Source: Paraspadella gotoi (Eukaryota > Animalia > Chaetognatha). Taken from it: 64,000 nt of DNA. Shown in pieces: positions 57,321 to 64,000 of this stretch; position 1 is the first letter of the stretch, and every line of letters begins with the position of its first letter. Below the pieces are notes generated by a model that saw nothing but the letters and a program-made list of their open reading frames with translations, was not told the origin of the DNA and did no database searches. Made by a program: the position numbers and the translations under genes. Location of the stretch: positions 13,424,790 through 13,488,789 of the forward strand of contig CM119269.1 of the NCBI GenBank assembly GCA_051294375.1. The letters run 5' to 3'.

Positions 57321-58160
57321 GAGAAGTGGAGACAGAGACGGAGGGAGGAGAGGGTCGAAGGAAGATAGAGGAAAGCATTGGGGCGAGAGAGGAGGTCGTC
57401 CTGTCGGGGAAAGGATAAACCTCATCTGATCATTTCATTTCTACTTTGAGCATCAATTGGATATTATTTGGAAATTAGAAAATAATTACTTATTGTTTTC
57501 ACGGAAGTCACCTGTCCTNNNNNNNNNNNNNNNNNNNNNNNNNNNNNNNNNNNNNNNNNNNNNNNNNNNNNNNNNNNNNNNNNNNNNNNNNNNNNNNNNN
57601 NNNNNNNNNNNNNNNNNNNNNNNNNNNNNNNNNNNNNNNNNNNNNNNNNNNNNNNNNNNNNNNNNNNNNNNNNNNNNNNNNNNNNNNNNNNNNNNNNNNN
57701 NNNNNNNNNNNNNNNNNNNNNNNNNNNNNNNNNNNNNNNNNNNNNNNNNNNNNNNNNNNNNNNNNNNNNNNNNNNNNNNNNNNNNNNNNNNNNNNNNNNN
57801 NNNNNNCAATAGATAATAAATTTTTAATATGGTAATAAGATGTATTTGTTAACTCGTATCAACAAAAGAAGAAATGGAACCAAAAATGCAATTCTAACAT
57901 CTGCGTCTACAAACTATCATAAAAAAATTACGTTGAGGAATGATTAATTATGTTTAGGATGACGACAATGAGAATGTAACGAGACGCAACCAGGATTCAA
58001 AAAGCTCTCATTCCCTTCCCTATCCCTCCTCGCTCCTTCTCTATCTCACTCACCGCTTCGCTCTATCTGACTTCCTGACATCGACTCTCCCTCCTCTCGC
58101 TCTCTCTCTCTCCTCTCCCTCTCCTCATGCGCTCTCCCTCTGCCTCTCTCTCTCTCTTCT

Positions 58161-58495
58161 CTACATCTCAAAGGCAACGACCCAGTCTTCATAAATCCCG
58201 CATCTTCTATTGTTCTGCCGCCTAAAACAGGTGGCGGGACAGTTGGCCGCAAACTCGCCCCACTTGAAGCAGTTGGCGGCGGCGCCGGCGCTGCAGTAAG
58301 CGGCGCTCTTCCGGTCGACGCACAGCGCCGGGCCGTGGACGGCCTTCCAACGCGAGCAAGTGTGGCCACAGAAGAGGCGACCGTGCAAGGTGGCGCAAAG
58401 CATTTCCCGATAGCGCGCCTCGGCTTGGCATATCGGTGCGTAGAAATCGCTTTTCGTGTCGTGGGATTCTGAGGTTGGATGGAGAGTTTGGGGGG

Positions 58496-58533
<38 letters not shown>

Positions 58534-59999
58534 AAGTGAGTGTGATTGCCAAATAATTCCAACCTCAAATGATGTCACTTTCCAAGTTTCCATACTCTTA
58601 CTCATAGCGTGATATTTGAAGCAAGTGGCGCAGCAAAGGGACTTCGCCGTAGGAAAGAGACAGGGCTGCTCGTAGCTCTTCGATTGGTTGTACATGTCCA
58701 ACACGGTTCGGTTGCATTCGCTTTCAGGGAGTGCGTCTACGCATCCGGCTTAGGATTTTTGAGGCAAAAAAATTATGGATTTTCTTTTTAAGTTGAAAGT
58801 TACACATTGAACTAAATGAACTATTTTAATCATATTTCTCGGAATTTCATAACCATGAACGGATAAATACGATGTTTATTATTTTATATTTTTCATTATT
58901 ATTTTATTATTATTATTATTATCATTATTATTAATATTCTCACAAGGAATCGGAGGAGGTGTGAAGTCATCAACGGGATTCTTCATAACAACTGATCTTT
59001 TTTTTCGCAGCAGCGCCATCTTTCGGAAAGGCGAGATATTCTCCTGCTCGGGTGACGTCTCGCCCACTTCCCTGTTTACCTCCTCCTCTTCCCCCTCCTC
59101 CTGCTCCTCCCACGACGCCATTTTGTCGTTTGCCATTTTGCGTTTCATTTCGATCCACAGCCGCGTCAGAGCCGCCAGCTGCCTTTCGATCCTTCGCGCC
59201 CGAACTTCGCGCAGAGAGTCGGTGGAGCTCCATGTTGCGGACCCGATCTTCGCCGACACAACATCTTTCTCTGCCGACGCAATCTCCTTCTCTGCCGACG
59301 CAAGCTCCTTCTTCGCCGACACAACCTCCTTCTTTAATCCTCCCTCAAGATTGTCTCTCTCCCGCTCACCGCTTTCATCCTTTGACCTCCTCCGCTGCTC
59401 CAGTAAATTCGGCTCCTCCAAACGCCTTTTCTGCTCCACCGGCGCCATCTTTTTCTCCGACGCGTGTTTGGTCTCAGCGGCGTGATCGGCGCCGGCGACG
59501 ATCTCGGCGGCGTCGACAATCTCTTTCGCCAAAAAGTCTTTGATTTCGGCGGCGACGGGCCACTCGAATCTGGCGGCGCCTGAATCAGGAAATTGTAATA
59601 GGGAAATCGGTTAAAAATTAATTAATTATTAAAGGATTAATATAAGTACACTGAGTTTTTTTTTTGTGGTTTACCCGTTCGAGTTCCTTTTTATGCAATA
59701 ATTCAATTTAACAAAAAATATTTGAAAAAAAGTTTGATAGAAGATTTAACAACGATTTTTATTTTCATAGTGAAGGAACATGTTTCGACTCACATACGAG
59801 TCTTACTTCAGCCGCCAATCAAGACTCGTATGTGAGTCGAAACTGTCGTTCACTATGAAATAAAATCGCTTGTTAAAGATCTCTTCCTTTCAAACTTGTT
59901 CTAACCAAAATCACAACGAACAGAGAACGGAAACACGCAAAAAATATGAAATTTAAATTTCAGCTCGTTGAAGATTTAAGTCAAACTCTCCCTCTCTCT

Positions 60000-60075
<76 letters not shown>

Positions 60076-60227
60076 GTCCCCTCGTCGCTCTGCCCTATCT
60101 CTCACTATATACTCTATATATCTATAAGTAATTTAAATAATAACATATACAAGCGTTTCGACTTTATAGCGAACTTACCTCCAGACGCAAAGACCAGGCA
60201 GAGAAGAATGACCGCCGCCCTCCACAT
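58161..60227 (-). CDS. Secreted precursor: signal peptide, charged pro-region and three ShKT-like Cys-rich domains (~379 aa)
   Basis: Four phase-compatible exons. 60227-60179 MWRAAVILLCLVFASG. 59579-58944 charged region with SAEK heptads and RKKR. 58748-58602 CVDALPESEC...PCLFPTAKSLCCATC. 58468-58161 ...C..LC..FCGHTC...CVDRKSAAYC...NC...NCPATC...C, stop. Confidence 0.75.
59731..59896. mobile_element. Inverted pair of hammerhead-like Penelope/retrozyme fragments
   Basis: ~75-bp arms 59731-59804 and 59821-59896 are inverted. Each has AAGACTC-gtatgt-GAGTC-GAAAC; the minus-strand arm is preceded by CTGAAG(T). Confidence 0.65.
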
Positions 60228-61544
60228 TGCGATCGAGGGGGGTTACTGGTCACCGATCACTGGTCAGTGATCACTGATCACGTGTCACGAATCTTGTTTC
60301 TCACTCTGTTCTCGTTGTTGTCGTTTCCGTTATTAATGTCGTCGTTGTTGTCGTTGATTTCGATTTCGTAATATATCTCACGACGTATCCATAAAAAAAA
60401 AGACATTTAATAATACATCCTGGATTTTAATTTAATCGTAGAAAATAAAATTTTGACTTGGAAAAAAAACTAGAGTTTCTTTTTTTTTTTTCGTCGCCGA
60501 AATGAGAAAAGGAAAAATCGACGACCTTGAAGAAGAAGGAGGACCGACCGACCGGTTTTTTTTGGGAGAATCGCGATCCTAAGAAAGTTCGACGAGAATT
60601 CCGGAGTTACGAATTTCTACCGAGGCGGGGAGTCGGAGATTAATCGGACGGTTGATTTATTAATCTATTTTAAATAATTATCAATTTTGAAGTTTATAGT
60701 CAAATTATTTTTTGATTCTTAGACTCGTAAGGAATCTCAGGAAAACGTCTTAAAAAGAGTTGTATTTTATGTTATATTCATTGATATTCTAATGATATAA
60801 ATGGGGTATTTTGGAGGTTTAAAAACCGGTTACACTAAGCAAAGGTTCATTTTCTTTTAAACCTAATCGGGTCCCGTTTCAATAGAAGAGAGATTGTAGC
60901 ATTTATCCGAAATTCTAGTTTTGGATCGACCTTGAAAAATGAATACGTGACCTTGCATTCGCTTTCGTCTTTTATCCATTTGATTGTATAAATAATATCA
61001 TCGATCATTAATTTATAATTTTAATACCCTTTCATTTTAAACTTTCAATGTGAATGTCACTAAGAACAGGAATATCATTTTAGAAGTGTCATAGATTTAG
61101 GTAATTTAATATAATAAACTTACAATGTTGAAACCGTTTTATTTTTCAAAGCATCATATATAAAACATTATCTTTAGCGGCTTTTTTGCTTTTTTTGCTT
61201 TTTTGCCAAAAGATTCACAAATACTATACATTGACATTGACTGACACCGAGCACAACTATTGTATTTCTACCATTAATCATCGTCAAATTTTACGAAATC
61301 TCGACTGACGAAAAATCTCGCTTTAGATTCATGCGACCTTTTTTCTTATTTCGCGGTTTCAATGTCAAGATCGCACCTTCTCCTCTTCCTCTTCCTTCTC
61401 CTATTGACTACATATAGTCACGATCTTCTTCCTCTTTTCTTTTTTCTTTCCCTTTTTCAAATTTTCTTTGGAAAATTTAAATTTTTCTCAATTTTTATCA
61501 AATCGACGAAAATTTCAAGGTCCGACGGAGCTTGAAAACAGGTT

Positions 61545-61575
<31 letters not shown>

Positions 61576-61629
61576 GTTCTCTCTCTCTCTCTCTCTCTTC
61601 TTTCTCTTCCTTTTCTTTCTTTCCCTATA

Positions 61630-61713
<84 letters not shown>

Positions 61714-61752
61714 TCGTGAGTAATTATAAAGATGGCCCCAGTTTGATCTTCT

Positions 61753-61815
<63 letters not shown>

Positions 61816-61818
61816 CAC

Positions 61819-63642
61819 CTCAACAAAAACGAATAGCTTGAGCATCTTCAACCGGTCGCACTTCTTGAAGACCCGTTCCAAGGCGGACGGATAGGTCATG
61901 GTGATCCTGTCCCGAGTCTTCGATCCGAACTCGTTGACGGCGAGCGACTGGAGCCCTCGGAGTCCGCCGACCCCGCCGCCGCCGCCGGCCACGCCCACTT
62001 CGTCGACGAAGAGTTGGGCGACGTCGACCGAAGGTGACGCGACCTCTTTGAGCGTCAAATCTCGGAGTCGCGGAGAGGCGGTGCGGAGGAGAGAGAGATG
62101 GTGGGCGGATTCGCCGACCTGGAGGGCGAAATGAAATAGAGACGGAGCAACGTCAGAGGTTGTTTGATTGTTTGTATGTATGTTTGTTTGTTAACTGTGT
62201 TTGTTTGTTAGATTCGTATGTTTGTTTGTTAAGTATATTTAGTCCGTTTCTTTCGACAGTTCATGTTGTCTGTTTTCTAATTTTTCTGATTTTGGTCAAT
62301 TAGTTTTGTCTGTTTGTTTGGTTTGTTTCGTGGGTTTGTTTTGTTGAGTTTGTTTTGACTCTTACTTTGTTTTTATGTCAGTTCGTTTAATATTGTTTTG
62401 TTTATATTAATTCTTCAGGGGTTGCATTGTTTATTTTTAAAAACAGTACAGACTAAGTATTTCCTTTTCCTAAACCTTGAGTCACCTTAACTCGCAGAAT
62501 CTTCAAATTGGGAAAATCGCTGATAAACCGGAAGTCGTTTACGTCAGCGTCCAGATGCAGACGTTCGATCCGACTCTTCATCGAACAGACGACGCCTGGT
62601 AAAGGAAATCCGGACTGAATCAGGCTCCAGTCAATAGAGAATATTTTGATTATTTATGTACTTACCCTGACAAGAGCAGGCGTCTCTTGAAACGAAGTAA
62701 TTCGCGAATCGAGTTTCAGAAATTCCTATTTTCTTCAAACCTGAGAAACTGTAAAAGAGTTAGAATCAATCAAATCAATAATCAAATATACAATCAATAA
62801 ATGAAATCAATCAACTCAAACATACAACTCAATCCAAAAAAATCAAATAATTTCGGTCAATTTAATATTATAGATGAAACAAACCAATGAATCAATTTGA
62901 TAATAAAAATCAATCAAATCAAATTATTAGAATCAGAGAATGAATCAATTAATAACCAATCAGTCAATCAACACTCACCCGTGCAACGACTCCCTCAAAG
63001 ATCGAAAATGCGTCTCGTCATCCACACCTCCGCTCTCCACCTCATCCGTCCCTTTGATCGCCCACTCCCCCACCTCCACCTCCACCACGCCTTCACCCGC
63101 GACGTCGACGAGCCACTCGAAGTCCTCAAGGACGACTCGACGCTGCGACGCTGCGGCGGAGGCGAAGCGGAGGCGTCGGAGGCCGCCGCCGACGCTGCTG
63201 AGGAAGGAGGGGCTGCGGGGTGGAGGGGGAGGATGGAGTGATAGGGGGATGGAAGGGGAGTAAGAATTAGGGTGTTGAAGAGGATGTTAGTTGGCGGTCA
63301 TTGAAGGTGGGTGATTGAAGGTGAGAATAATAATATGAATTATATAAATATCACTTCATTGATAATTTCCTAAAAAGATTGCCAATAATATGGCAATGTT
63401 TTGCTAAGGTATTTTTAGAGTATTATTGTAGAGAGACCTTATTTTACCATTGCTTGTTCAAACTCCATTGCCAGAGACCAAGTAGCTTATTTATTGGTTC
63501 TTTCGTGGCAACAGTCTTTAGATAACGGCGTCTGATTGGTTCTCCTCCCGGTCTTTACCTGAAAACGAAGTGTTTCCTCCAACCGAAACTGAGATCCACG
63601 TTTTCCCAGAGTCGCTCTGATCGACTCACCAGGCGCCATCGC
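61819..63642 (-). CDS. F-box/LRR protein (FBXL-type), partial; 5' end outside the window
   Basis: Exon 63642-63559 RWRLVSRSERLWENVDLSFGW (F-box tail), then in-frame exons ~63198-62979, ~62748-62666, ~62596-62487 (SDFPNLKILRV) and ~62117-61819 (PRLRDLTL...GLQSLAV...CDRLKMLKL). Confidence 0.65.
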
Positions 63643-63809
63643 CTGTTAGGGAATTGTTTTAAAAAGGTTCTAGTTTTGTATATTTTTGCCGTTGTTTGTT
63701 TCAATAATTATGCCACTATTGGCCAAATCATTTATTGCTGTTTATTTAATGATCTAATTAGTCCTATTTTCTTTTTTTTTTCTCAAATCCACAAAATTAA
63801 GATTCCGAC

Positions 63810-63950
63810 TTTCCTTTCCTTTCCTTTTCTTTTCTTTTCTTTTCTTTTCTTTCATAAAGATTCAGACTTTTCTTTTCTTTTCTTTTCTTTTCTTTTCTTT
63901 TCTTTTCTTTTCTTTTCTTTTCTTTTCTTTTCTTTTCTTTTCTTTTTTTC
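63810..63950. repeat. (CTTTT)n microsatellite
   Basis: Direct reading. Confidence 0.9.
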
Positions 63951-64000
63951 TCTACTTTACTTTTTCTTGGTTTCCTTCCTTTTTGCGTCTTTTGAATTCG

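Overview
This is eukaryotic, probably invertebrate animal, genomic DNA: AT-rich spliceosomal introns full of (GA)n microsatellites, GC-rich exons, six N gaps and scattered 1-bp indels that look like consensus errors. Minus-strand genes are NALCN (ATG at 27230, traceable to 7931; domains III-IV not seen in the window), three near-identical copies of a pair of TspO/MBR-related membrane-protein genes inside NALCN introns, a divergent ferroportin (SLC40A1), an FBXO11-like gene, a secreted precursor with ShKT-like domains, and an F-box/LRR gene. On the plus strand a nearly intronless ABCC/MRP transporter is nested in an FBXO11 intron. A ~7.3 kb inverted duplication (32177-39464 / 39770-47131) copies parts of FBXO11 and ferroportin. 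The most unusual signal is the single ABCC intron. It looks like a transposon insertion (target-site duplication, imperfect terminal inverted repeats) that became an intron, and it holds a 110-bp element with a 12-bp target-site duplication and a Penelope-type minimal hammerhead ribozyme. A related hammerhead element forms an inverted pair in the ShKT gene's first intron. Exon boundaries were read by eye, and family comparisons rely on recalled sequences, not database searches.
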